Positions 47,245-60,380 of a DNA stretch of 64,000 bases are shown piece after piece. Source of the DNA: Leucoraja erinacea (Eukaryota); assembly GCF_028641065.1 (NCBI RefSeq), contig NC_073396.1, positions 4,650,001 to 4,714,000 of the forward strand, in the 5' to 3' direction. The notes beneath the pieces are model-generated. The model was not told the origin of the DNA. It made no database searches and saw only the letters and a program-made list of their open reading frames with translations. A program made the translations under genes and the position numbers. Position 1 is the stretch's first letter, and the number at the start of each line of letters is the position of its first letter.

Positions 47245-48575
47245 TAAGATCATAAGATCATAACTGGTAGGAGTAGAAGTAGGCCATTCGGCCCATCAAG
47301 TCTACTCCGCCACTCAATCATGGCTGATCTATCTCTCCTTCCTAACCCCATTCTCCTGCCTTCTCCCCATAACCTCTGACACCCGAACTAATCAAGAATC
47401 TATCCATCTCTGCCTTAAATATATCCACCGACTTTGCCTCCGCAGCCTGCTGTGGCAAAGATTTCCAGATTCACCACCCTCTGACTAAAGAAATTCCTCC
47501 TCATCTCTTTCCTAAAATAACCTCCTTTAATTCTGAGGCTATGACCTCTAGTCCTAGACTCTCCCACAAGTGGAAACATCCTCTCGACATCCATTCTATC
47601 CAGCCTTTCATTATTCTGTACTTTCAATGAGGTCCCCCTCAATCTTCTAAACTCCAGCGAATAAGGGCCCAGTGTCATCAAACGCTGATCATATGTTAAC
47701 CTGCTCATTCTTGGAATCATTCTTATAAACCTCCACTGGACCCTTTCCAGAACCAGCACATCCTTCCTCAGATATGGTGCCCAAAATTGCTCACAATATT
47801 CCAAATGTGGCCTCAGCTTTACATCCCTGTTTTTGTGTATTAACCTTCTTGAAATAGATGCTTGCATTGAGTTTATTTTCTTTACTACCGATTCGACTTG
47901 CAGATTGACTGATTAACAGGGAATCCTGCACCAAGTCCCTTTGCACCTCCGATTTCTGGATTCTCTCCCCATTTAGAAAATAATCTACACCTTTATTCCT
48001 ACGATCAAAATGCATGACTCCACACTTTGGTACACCATATTTCATCTGCCACTGCCCATTCACCCAACCTATCCAAGTCCTGCAGAATCCCTGCTTTCTA
48101 TACACTACCTGTCCCTCCACCTATTTTCGTATCATCCGCAAACTTGGCCACAAAGTCTTCAATCCCCTCATCCAAATCATTAATATACAACGTGAAGAGC
48201 AGCGGAGCCAGCACTGAGCCCTGTGGAACACCACTAATCACTGGCAGACTACCAGAAAAAGCCCCCCTTATTGCCACTCTTTTCTTTCTGCCGTCCAGCC
48301 AATCTGATAATCCTTGCTAGTATCTGCCGTTTGATACCATGGGCTCTCATCTTCCTTAGCAGCCTCCCATGTGGTACCTTATCAAATGCTTTCTGAAAAT
48401 CTAGGTATACTACAGACTCCCCTTTGTCTGTCCTGCTATTTACTTCTTAAAAGATTTCCAGCACATTTGTCAGGCAAGACAAAGCCATGCCGCCTACGCC
48501 CTATTTTATCATGCACTTCGGAGGACTCCATAACCTCATCCTTTATAATGGACACTAAAATCTTACCAGCCATCC
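47245..48575 (-). mobile_element. CR1-type LINE ORF2 3' 1.3 kb, degenerate
   Basis: GVPQGSVLAPLLFTLYINDLD, KFADDTK, RPHLEYCEQFWAPY, RGHSLRIKG motifs with frameshifts; (tcttatga)n tail. Confidence 0.92.
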
Positions 48576-49074
48576 TATAGTTCCCACTTTTTAAAATAAA
48601 AATTGCACTATTTTATAAAAACGTCATCGTAAGTTGCCTTTTCCTTAACACTTTGGATAGAAATAGTACCATGTAAAAAATCAAATCTCTTGCAGTGAAC
48701 CCATCAACAAAAACACATGCAGTTAAATACAAAAAGTGTACTTTTTCATGTTTTCCTCCAGAATCAGAGATGCAAATATCCCAGAGGCCCGAGAATAAGG
48801 GCCATTTTGGCAGGAAGACAGTCAAGAGTTGAGTCAAGAGTGTTTAATTGTCATATGCACTGAAATAAAACAATGGAATTCTTTCTTGCAGCTGCAAAAC
48901 AGACTATTTCAGACTCTTTTTCATTGCTTGGTTAGTAAGTGAAAACCTAAAAAGGATATTTATGGTGCATTTTCTCAACAATTCGTTTCATCAAGGGGCT
49001 GACCTGCCATTAGAGTTGGCAGCTCCAAATTCTTTTCAGAAGTCAGAATAGCATGTCATCAAATATTCTTAAAC

Positions 49075-49325
49075 TTTCACAGTTGCACTGTAGAAAGTAG
49101 TCTGAATGGTTGTTTATGGTTTGGTACAGTAATTCCAATGCACAGGAATGCAATAGGTTGCAGATAATGGCAGACTAAGCCCAATTCATGACAGGCACTG
49201 CTCTCCCCACCATCAAAAGCACCTACATGAGGCACTGACTCGAGAAGGCATCATCTATCGTCAACAATCCCCGCCATTGGGCCATGCCGTCTTCTCGCTG
49301 CTACCATGAGGCAGGAGGCACAAGA
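49075..49325 (+). mobile_element. Rex1/Babar-like 3' ORF remnant
   Basis: Decayed CTVESSLNGCFMVWYSNSNAQECNRLQ and FSLLP..RR motifs. Confidence 0.6.
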
Positions 49326-50218
49326 GGCTGTGGTTCCACGTGAGATTTGACGTTATCAGTATCTTATCTTATTGTAACAATTCCCTATTCCTAACTTCCA
49401 ACCCTCGTGTAATGATGGCCATTATGTGATCTGCCTTCCGCACACTTACCCCAAAAACAAATTTCTTGGAGTGAGAAGGCTACCAATTCAAATTCTACTT
49501 GAGAATCTTAAATATATAACTGAGGTGACACTTTAGCACAATTGAGCATGCTGTGTGTTGGAGACACCATCTCTTAGTTTCGATGTAGTAGATGGGAAAG
49601 ATACTCTTGAATTTTTTTTTTGAAGAGGAACATTGTTTTAATTTCCTTCCATTGTTTAACTCTTAATACCACAAACAAGTCTTTAATCTTACCATTGCTC
49701 AACTGTCTTAGCTGTTCAGAGATTTGTTGCCATTTTTATCCGTGTCACAATAGTGATTGGCTTTTTAATAAATTAATGGGATACTATCCTTTCTTTCAAA
49801 GAAAATCACAACGTGGGTCGCATTCATAAAACATTTAGAAGCAAGAGAAAACAAGCATTCTAAGCCAATAAATTTTTAAGGTGGCCTCCTCTTCTCATGA
49901 TCACAAAGTTAGAAAACTAACATTACTTTGGATCAACTGAATATGTTCTCGCAAATATCAGACTGTTCTGTACTACTAGGTTTGAAAAGTGAACAGGAAG
50001 CTGCTGGCTGTACATTTTAGCATGAGGAATGCATTGTATGCTAGCAATGACATATCCTTCAGTAGAATACAAATATGAATCCGACGACGAGAGTAGACAG
50101 TGACAAGCAGAGATTCATCCTCGGTTATAGCCGCCTTCCACCATTACAACTGAATAATCAATCCTTCCATAGACATTAGCTTTTCTGCTAAAAGAAAATC
50201 AAGAAACAGACTACATAC

Positions 50219-50352
50219 AGCCAGTATCCTTTAGTCTACTGATGGCATTTGATAGCAGCCGAACACAACCCAGGAAGCCAGCTCCCTGTTTCTTATGTAT
50301 TTTCTTGTGATTCCATATGCTTATAGTAATTGAGTCTGCTTTTCCAATGTAC
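50219..50352 (-). CDS. SMURF1: SMURF1 exon (C2: YIGKADSITISIWNHKKIHKKQGAGFLGCVRLLSNAISRLKDTG)
   Basis: 134 bp, cag / gtatgt. Confidence 0.95.
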
Positions 50353-51967
50353 CTGAAATGGAAGAAATTAATCGTTATTAGAAAATAACACGAGAATATC
50401 TCCCAAAATCTCCAACTGGGCAATTGATTAACATTTTACAATCTATTTGGTGCTGCGGGAGGAGGTTAAACTAATTTGCCAAGAGAACATGCATAAGGAG
50501 AAAACAGTAATGAAATCGGCACAAGCAATCAAGAAGCAAGTTGCTTTAATGAATAAACAGTTTTTCAGAAATAAGAGGGATCAGATTAGGAAAAGGATGT
50601 TCGATGTAAGATTCCAGCATCTGCAGTTCCTTGTGTCTATCCTTTTCCTAATCTGATCTCTCGTCACCTATCCATCCAGAGTCCTCCAGAGATTATGCCT
50701 GACTTTATTTCAGGTTGATTTTGTTTGAGGATTTATTTTGCCAATCTCAGCTGTTGGACGCTGTTGCGAGTTTAGGAACAAAGTGCTGGAGTAACTCAGC
50801 GGGTCAGGCATAATCTCTGGAGGACTCTGGATGGATAGGTGACGTTTTGCGTTGGGACCCTTCTCAGGACTTAGGAACCCTTCTAGGAAAAGAGCAGGTA
50901 GACTAAATCGGATTGAAGTACAAGTTTAAAAAAATCAAGATGACCCTGCAAGTCTGCACTGCTCTACACATTGTTTGCCTAATCTCCATTAACCCCCAAA
51001 TCTTTACTATCCAAGAAATGATCAATTTCAGATTTGAATATAATCAACTGCCAAGTATCCACAGTCTTCTAAAAGAGAATTTAAAAGATTAAGAAATATC
51101 TCATCTCAAACCTGTTTATGCATGCTGACTTTCTCACAAACCGACACCCCCACAACTCCTGTGACCTAGTGGTTCATTTTTAAGAGGAAGAAGAGGTGCC
51201 ATAACGGTAATGGCAGAAAGCCAACATAGGTGGCAGAGAAGAGAATACAAAACATAAGAGCACAAGATTATTCAAAATTGCCCACAATATTCCTGACTTT
51301 AAAACCAAGGGAGTAATCCAAACGAGTTGGTTCCCATCTACACTATCGCTTTGCCTTAAATTTCAGGAAGAACATCGTCGTATGACAACTACAAGAGATT
51401 CACTAAAATAGTGGCAAAAATGAAGGGTTTTAGTCATGTAGACATTTCAGAGAAAATGGCATTGTTCTTCGGAGAGAGAATACCAAGACCAAATTCCCAA
51501 TCATGATGGTTTCAGCAAGTAAATAATGAGAAATACCTTCCAATGGCAGAGAGGTCAGCAACCAGAGATTAGAGGATAGTTAAGGTAAATAAATATTGAG
51601 GCAGAGATGAAATGAGCAAGAAAGAATTTGCAGGAATAACAATCCAGAAAATATTGAAAGCACGGCAGAAGCAGATACAATAGTAAATTTGAAATAGAAC
51701 TGGATAAATAACATAAAGAGAAAAGGGGGTAATTAGTTATTTCAAATGCATTGATTGAATGGACACATTGTTCAGGACTTCCAAGTTGAATAAACATTTG
51801 CAGAAGTTCCAAATGTACAGATACAAATCATAATTTCCTGAAAATTCAAGAATATGAAATAGTTAAACTGCACTAATTTAGATGTCCTTTAAAGTGTAAT
51901 GAATTTGTCTCAAAAAATCCATTGAACTTCAGAAATAAAATGGTAGCTCAGATTAAATTATACTCAC

Positions 51968-52076
51968 AAGTCATAGTGTTGGTTCCATTTTGGATCAAGT
52001 GTGTTTTTTACTGTGTCTGTCGAATGACATTGCCCGGAGCCATCAACAATAATTTTAGCAAAAGGGTCAGGTAATC
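51968..52076 (-). CDS. SMURF1: SMURF1 exon (C2: RLPDPFAKIIVDGSGQCHSTDTVKNTLDPKWNQHYDL)
   Basis: 109 bp, tag / gtgagt, phases compatible with neighbours. Confidence 0.95.
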
Positions 52077-53926
52077 CTATGCAAGGCAAAACAAACCTTC
52101 ATTGATATCTGAACAAATTCCTTTTCAGATTAAAAAAATTATCAGCAATATTTTAAAATATTTCAAACGTTATTCCTGACTGAAATCCATGAAAGATGAT
52201 CTTGAGAAATAATATGAATTATATTTCAATATCACAAACTCCTAATAAAATATTATAACTGTTATCTCTTAACGCTCAGAGAACTGCAGATGGTGTTTTT
52301 TTTAAACAATAAAAAGACAGTGTTAAAGTTAATCAGTGGGCAAGGCAGCAATTCTGAAGAATATGAAGAGTCTGAAGAAGGATCACAATAAAAAATGTTG
52401 CCTATCCGTGTTCTATTTGTTTGTTTACTTTAATGTCACATGTACAGAGGTACAGTGAAAAGCTTTTGTTGCATGCTATCCAGTCAGCAGAAAAAACAAT
52501 TGATTACAATTGAGCCATTCGCAGTGTATAGAGTAACTCAGCGGGACAGGCAGCAACTCACTTTAGAAGAGTCTCGACCCGAAATGCCACGCATTCCCTT
52601 TTGTTTGTTCATTTGTTGTTTAGTTTATTGCCATGTGTACCGAGGTACAGTAAAAAGCTTTTGTTGCATGTTTTCCAGTCAACAGAATGGCAATACATGA
52701 TGACAATCGAGCCATTTACAGATTCTCCACAGATGCTGCCTGACCTGTTGAGTTACTGCAGCGCTGCCTTTTTATACCTCTTAAATACTTAATTGATCAA
52801 TCAATAGATTTGCTTAAAGTGTTGAAAGGTTTTGAGGTAAATGAAAAGAGAACATTTCCACATGTGGGAAGGTATATCAATGTAGGCCATATTATAAGTA
52901 AGAAAGTAAGTCAGAAATCAATTTGGGAACTCAGAAGAAACTTCATTGACATAAACAATAGCCTGACTGTGGGATTTGCTTCCGCAAAGTGGTTGAAACT
53001 AACAGTGCATTTAAATGCTAAAATGTATTTAAGGGAAGATTCGACAAGCATGTGAGAGAAAAGGGAATGGTGAACTATGCCTCTGAATTTGGATGAGAAA
53101 ATAAAGGAGGATGCGTAAATGGAGCATAAATGCCAGCATGACCTGATGAGTCAAATAGCCTTGATCTAGGCAAATATATCTGACACCAGTCATAATACAG
53201 CTGAATTGGATGCACCTGACCTCGTTGAGAGGTGTTCTCTGGATTTATCTCAGTTGCTCAGTGATCTTTGAAAGTCATTAGCATCGACACCTGAACAGAT
53301 CTCTGGGATTGCATTACGAGTATTAAATCCAATATCAAGGAACACTGAAGCCACGCTCGTCAGAAGCCTTTCCCATGGCTGCCACATTAATGTGACATAT
53401 GAAAGGTGTACATTTTTTCAAAGCCAGCATTGGTGCTGTGCCATTAGATACCAGTAACCATGCAATGCATAAATAATTCAAGAATTATTTTAGCCCCAAA
53501 AATCTGTTCTACTACTAAATATGACTGCAACTGATTTTTTCCCTTAATGGTATTTCCTGCACTAACAATTCCTTCAATACCCAAAGAATCTGTCTTGCGT
53601 GTACACAGCAATGGAGCCACTATGTTCATCGCAAATAGTATTGATATGGACTTAATTTGATTTGAAACATTAATCTTTAAGCATACTAATCTTAGATAAG
53701 AATTTTGCATAAGACCTAAGCAGAATATACCAGATTTGAAACAATGGTTCAATTTGTAAAAGAAAGTAACGATTGACATTTTAATTTACAATACAGAACT
53801 GAGTAATAATCTTTCCCCAGCTGTTGGTGGGCGCAAAATTATTATGGCCCTACTGTTTCCAGAATGGAGCAATCAAGCTTCTGTTCCTCAGAAATAAAAT
53901 TATAGACACCAAAGTTTAATACTTAC

Positions 53927-53965
53927 TGAAGAAATCTTTCTTTGCCAAATTTTTCGCGCACAACA
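53927..53965 (-). CDS. SMURF1: SMURF1 coding exon 2 (C2 domain: VLCAKNLAKKDFF)
   Basis: 39 bp, cag acceptor and gtaagt donor; matches SMURF1 N-terminal C2 sequence. Preceding exon not found in the window. Confidence 0.9.
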
Positions 53966-56900
53966 CTGAAAAACAAAAAAATTGGATTTAGTTTCATATA
54001 CTTCCTCGGAACACTCTCCCCTTTCTTAAAACATATGTCTCACAGACACCAACAACTTCACAATCCCTTTCTGATTAATTCATTTTCTATTAATCTGAAC
54101 AATACATGACGTGGTTGTTATGAACAATATTTAAGTTAACACCAATTTAATTTAGTCATTCTGGACTTGCAGAAAATAATATGGTTCCACAGGAAACTGT
54201 ACATGTGCTTAAAATTGGAGGTAATCTTATAATATGGGTTTTAATTATTATGGAAGCAGGAGACAGAGAATGGCAATGAGAAGCCTCATCGCTGGCCGGA
54301 TGTGATCAGAGATTTGTACTGGGGGCTCAGTTTCTCACCATAATAGCTTTGCAAAGAAATCTAGTTGTGTATTTAAGATTCCAGATGTCTTTCGTGTTTT
54401 TGGGGTTGGAGCAGACTTAATTTTAATCAGATTTAATTTTAATAGAGAAAAAGCTATTTCAACAATCTTTACTGGTGCAACACAACCGAATGACTGAAAT
54501 CTGCTCGCACTGCAGAACTGCATTTTACCTCCTGGTGTCACTAACTAACTGCTCAAAGCATTTAAAAATAAGAACTAAAAGGCACAAGGCTTTTAAACTG
54601 ATATATGCAAATTAAACTGAATATACATTACAAGAATGGGTCACTTCAAAAAATTAAAACAGTAGGGCGATTCATTGTTAAATGCTGCGTAACCAACTAA
54701 TTCAGAACACTACAAAAAGTAATTGTTTGTTGACGGGAGTGGCATGCACAACATTTACCGATATCAGCTCAAGGCTATATTGCTCTCATTTTAACAATGC
54801 TAATCCAAATGCAACATTGTGAATAAATCAGAAAGTCATTTTCCAAGTCCTCAAAACTAGAATCCATAAAATGTAATTACAAAGACACAAGGAACTGCAG
54901 ATGCTGGAATCTTGATCAAAACACTAAATGCTGGAGGAACTCAGAGGATCAGGTAGAATCTATGAAGAGCACACAGAGTAGACAGCTAACATTTCGGATC
55001 AGGATCCTTCGTTGGTCTTAAGAAGTGTCCCAACTCAAAATGTTGTCTCTGCCCATTCCTTCACAAATCAAATTTCGGACTGTGCTACATGTTTTTTTAT
55101 ATACCAACATTTCAAGAAAACTTCATATCAAAGTGGTTTGGTATAGCCTTCAGTCATGAAATGTACTGTGAAAATGTAAATTATTTTGTACGTTTATAAA
55201 AATTAAATTCTCAGAGGATTGTATTTTTACTTAAAAGAAAGCCATTAGCAGTCAATAAGTGGAATTTTGGCATTAAAACAGGACATTTTACAAATACATC
55301 TGCATGGGATTTCATGCAGTGCTGTAAAACACATATGTAAGCATTAAATAAATACAAAATTTCACAGTTGTGATCTTTACCATCTCTCTCATTTATTACA
55401 GAAATAACATATTTACACAGTGCCTTTTATTGGCCTCAGTGCCAAATTGCTTTAAAATTACTTTTTTAATGTTGGGACTATTATTCTATATGAAAGACGA
55501 TGGCCTAATGTGGACAGTGCACTAATGTGATTATCCTCAAAATAATCTGTCCTAAAGATTAATAATTGCCCTGTAAACTTCTTTGCCTTAAAATAGAGAT
55601 CCAAAACAGGGCCTTAGTTTAAAAGTTCTCATTTCTGAAAGACATCACCTCCCGTGGAGCCTCACAAGCTCCTCTGCACTGAATAAGCAGTATGCATTGT
55701 ACTCACTTTTCAGGAGTTATACAAACATAAAGAGTTGTATCTAGGCAACTGAATAGTCACTTCTGCAAGGTCGCTACTATTCAAAGAAATTCGATGCTGG
55801 ACATCTGAAATAAAAGTAAAGATGACCCTTCTCTACCTGAAACATTAACTCTGTTTCTCTTCCAGCAGATGCAACCTGACCCGCTATGTATTTCCAGAAT
55901 TTTATGTTTTTAATCAATGATATTCAGCGTGATATTGTAATGGATGAATCCTGTCTGGGTGCCAAAGAATCAGTACTTCTCTGCAGTCAAATCATTTGTT
56001 TTTATTGTCTCATTTTTCATGGATTATGGGAAAAATTATGAAATCCAAGATTATGCAGTGGTTATTAATTAAAATAATTATTTTTACACCTTCTATTCTA
56101 CTTTGAACGCATTTTTGGTTGATAACTTCACACTTGTCAACATTGAAACCCATTCCTTCCCATTCAACCAATAACATTCCTATGTAAATTAATGCATTCA
56201 ATACATTGCTTTTAAGAACTATCTTCGCATTATTAGCAACTTAGGAAATCTGGCTCTCGATACCATATACCGAGTCATTAATAAATAGTGAATAGTCGAG
56301 ACGTCAGAGATGTCACTGGTCACATTTGGGGATTTTGAGCACCTGCAGGATGTCACTGGTTATGTCTTACTATTTTGAACATCTGCCAATATCTCCATTT
56401 GCCTCCTGCATCTCAGTAATCACCCAATAGATGCCAAGTGTTAACTGTAAATAGCAGCCTCTTACAGAGGAAATCAATACAACAGTAACTTCTTTGTACT
56501 GTACTGCAGTCATCCCTTCAAAAAAAATAACTTGAAATTGGCAGTCACAATAATATTAATTCAGCCACTTCCTAATTACCCAAGAACTCAATTCTGAATT
56601 GGCTGTGTATACTGCCGATGCAATAATTAGCCAGAGTGGGAATGAATAAGAAATTCCTATGTCAATCAAGTTTAGTGGCCACGTTGCTCTCAGAGATTAA
56701 CATAGATTTTATTTAGAGAATTTGTATCAAACAAAACGCTGCATATGCAATTATTTTGTCCTGGAGAAATCACATTGTTTTATTGGGAGAGGGTGCTACT
56801 ACTGCACTTCCTTCACCGTGAAAAACATTTCTCTCCATGTTTCCCTTTTCACCTTTCTAAAGAATTTCTTGGAAATTGAAAGATCAAAATCAGAGTACAG

Positions 56901-57220
56901 GCATTTGCATTATTCCTATCTTCTACTCTTTTAAAAGTTGCAGAACAAAATCATCTGCTCCACTTTTCCAGTTCAATTATTTTTGTTGTTGCCATTGCTT
57001 TTGACACACCCTGGCACACAAATGAACATTAGCTTCAGATGTTCAGATCAAATGGCAGTACACTATAGCAGAGGAGGAAGTGGTCAAGAGAAAGACTCCA
57101 TAATTCCACAAATAAATATATTGCTGCAAGTGCAATGGTTACAACTAAATACAGAATAGCAGATGTAAAAAAGACTACATAATATTCCACCTCTGTTCAA
57201 CAATTAAATCAGAGGAATAA

Positions 57221-58071
57221 TGGGCCTGTCTCACTTAAGACGATTTTTCAGGCGACTGCCAGCGACTGTCAAGTTGCCGGCAGTCGCCTGAAAAACCAGC
57301 AACTGGAACGGCGACTGTGAGAATGGAACGCACACACACACACAAGTCGCCAGCATTCGCCTGAAAGCCCGACAACTGTCAGAGTGGAACACACACACAC
57401 ACACACACACACCGCTTCCTTCACCAGCCAGTTATGCAGGCAGGGGACAGGGCACGCGGGTGGAGCGCTGTCCAAGTGATATTCACACGGTGCAAAGCCA
57501 AGGTGATACAGACACACACCGCGATGAACAGGAAGGTTGGCACTGTAATTAAGATGGTGAAAGCACATTGTACGATAAGTCCTTTAAAAGAGGGGGGAGA
57601 AGGAGGGAGAAAGAGTGGAGACAACTTTTAAGAAGCCAGAGATTCACGGCTGTGAAACTCGGCGGACATTAACATTACCGTCGGTTATCCTTGGTTCTGA
57701 AAACTACTGCTTACGTTTTTTTTCCCCAATGAGCCAATGAAATTCACCGGTCAGCACCAACTACAACCTACAAGAACCTACGAGAACCTTCGACCTCCTG
57801 GCAACCCACTAGGACCTCCTGGCGACCCACCTATGGCACGAGAATTTTCGCTACTCTCCTTGGCGGCTTCATTCTGGTCGCCACTAATTTTTTTCAATGT
57901 TGAAAATGGAGATATTGGCAGATGTTCCCATAATGAGGCCGTGACTAGTTCCCAGAATGTGGGAACTCTTCACGACCATGAAGGCGACTCCCCAGCAACC
58001 ATCTGCGAACATGTGGCAACCGCAGAGTCTCCTGTAGTCGCCTGAAAAGTCGCCTAAGTGGGACAGGCCCA
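57221..58071. mobile_element. Complete non-autonomous DNA transposon (MITE, PIF/Harbinger-like), about 850 bp
   Basis: TIRs tgggcctgtc(t/c)cactta..cga.ttttcaggcgact at both ends, flanked by TAA and TTA; subterminal ggcgac/gtcgcc repeats; no transposase ORF. Confidence 0.8.
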
Positions 58072-60287
58072 TTAAACTCATAATGGCCCTGGTGTGATCG
58101 AGGAATACCAGCAGCAGTACCAGTAGAAATGTTAGCACTTTAGGCAATAGCACGAATCTGAGAGTTCATAACTGGAGCCATGTTAAGATAAGTAAGGATT
58201 AATGAAACCGTACCACAATCATAAACTGTAAACTCTAACTCTAACTTGGACTGATAGTCCGAAATAATTAAGTCAGAGCCTTTTTTGAAAAAGCAGTTGA
58301 TTTGAAAATGAAGGTGGGTTTCATGGATAAAATAAACCCATGAAGTCATGAGGAGAGACAAGAGAAACCCGAATGGAGTGGGGAGGTTGCTGGAGAATAT
58401 TGGACTTTGTGAGCCAGGTACAGTAAGTAGGGAGGCAGGAAACACAGCTGTGAAGATGTTTTCAATCTTAATGTCTCAGAGGAATAGAAATAAGTGGTTG
58501 GCAAAAAAAGCCCAGTCATCACCATTCTCTTAAAATAATCGTGGAGATATAAAAAGTTATGATGCAAGTCCTTAAGAATGATGATTTAGGCATAACTGAC
58601 AAACAGTTAGTTTGACATGTTTACGTTTGCATCTCAGAATCAGGATAGAATCAGGAAGAAATTTTCAAAGTGAGGACAGCTGATGGTTAATTTAACTTTG
58701 TGACGATGGAAGCACGGCCAAACTCAAAAGGGCAAGAGTAATTCAAACTAGCATTTAAGGTTAAGCGTAATCACTTTTATTTGTCACATTAAGTTAATAT
58801 ATGTTAATAATCAATGGTTATCAATACCGAGACAGATTTTGGCAACATTATCCAATTTTAGTGTTGAGTAGACAGACTGGATAGCAATGAGGTTTGTCAT
58901 GAACATACTCCTAGAATGTACCCTGCTGAGGATTAGCATCTATTCCACAAGACTGAAGAGTATTAAGCTTCCTTCTGAATTAGACTGTTACTTTATTCTC
59001 CACTACAAAAATCAGCATTTCTGCTGCGTACGTACATGAAGTTTCTGACGAAAATATGTTAAATAAGTTAATAATTTCTCACTCTGTAATATACGTTTAA
59101 TGCAAACAGTCGATTGCACAAATATGCTTCCTATTTGTTAACAGTCAGAAGCAGCTTAGGTCCAGACTACACTTCAGATACCTCTGCATTTTAAAATGTA
59201 ACCTTTGCCTTAGCCTTTCATCCCAGTATTCCTCTCAGCTGCCATGTCCATTTTCTTTTCTGCATCGCCTTAAATGTGTTAAATTCCCTTTTTATCTCCT
59301 GAACAAGCAAGATTTTATGTAACATCCATATCCTTACATAACTACTGGATGCCATTATTTTGAACTTAGTTTATGCTTTCACATCTGCCTTCATTAAAAT
59401 TCCAATGCATAAATAAGAGCTTAAACAGAATTTAAAATTAAATTGCCAGTTAAGAAATTACCTTTTCTGACCAAATTGGTGTTCAATGCTTCTATTTAAA
59501 TATTCATCTGATTACTCGTGTCCAGGCTGAACAATCCTAAACTGAATGCACTTTATGCATTTGGTGTAGTTTATTTGTTACAAATATTGTCTTTATAGTT
59601 TTTTAATAGTTCTTTGTATTCTGTCATCTCCTTTGAAATAAATGTATTAAGTTCGACAATTAAATCTACAGACAAGACTAAATACGGGTATTGGCTGAAT
59701 TTGATTATATGAAGGCCATGAACAGCTGGTTAAAAGGATGGCTTGTGGATAAATGGAAGGGCCAGATACTATGATTTGATCCAAGAAATTGGGGAAAGCC
59801 GTGTAGCTTAATTGTAGCTGTAGCCATTAGGGGCTTCTTTGTCTACAGCATCATATGATATCAACCACAGTCTCACACAGAAAAAATAGTGAAGCAGACA
59901 GAAAGAGAAAAAAGAAAGATGCAGTAAAGAGAATTAACGAGGGAGAATCCAGATCGGAGACATGAAAAATGTAATACAAAACATAGAGACAAAAGGATCA
60001 CCTAATTCTCCAAACTTCTATGTGCAAAATGACATGTCATTCATCAAAATTAAACTGGCGTTCTGAGACAAGAGCAACAAAGAGAGAATTATCCCTGGAT
60101 ACTTTAAAATGATGAATAAAAAGACATTGGGCAAGAAGCAAGAAATTAATTTAACGACCAGCATCCAAAGCCAATTTCAAAAATTTGGTTGCAAAATGTG
60201 AACTGATGAAAACACAAGGCAAAATTAGTTAGGAAACCTCAGTAAGCAGATACAAATCAGTGACCAAAAGCAAAACAAAACCAATGT

Positions 60288-60380
60288 GACTGAAGAAGGG
60301 TTTCGGCCCGAAACGTTGCCTATTTCCTTCGCTCCATAGATGCTGCTGCACCCGCTGAGTTTCTCCAGCTTTTTTGTGTA
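60288..60380 (+). repeat. Young Penelope-derived terminal repeat with hammerhead-like core
   Basis: ctgaaga-agggtttcggccc-gaaacgtt at 60290-60317; nearly identical to the copy at 11726-11810. Confidence 0.72.

Noticed and set aside
47415-47867. 150-aa ORF as a host gene
   Set aside because: Frameshifted CR1 ORF2 remnant.
53190-53455. Possible conserved intronic enhancer
   Set aside because: Only an impression from sequence composition; needs cross-species alignment.
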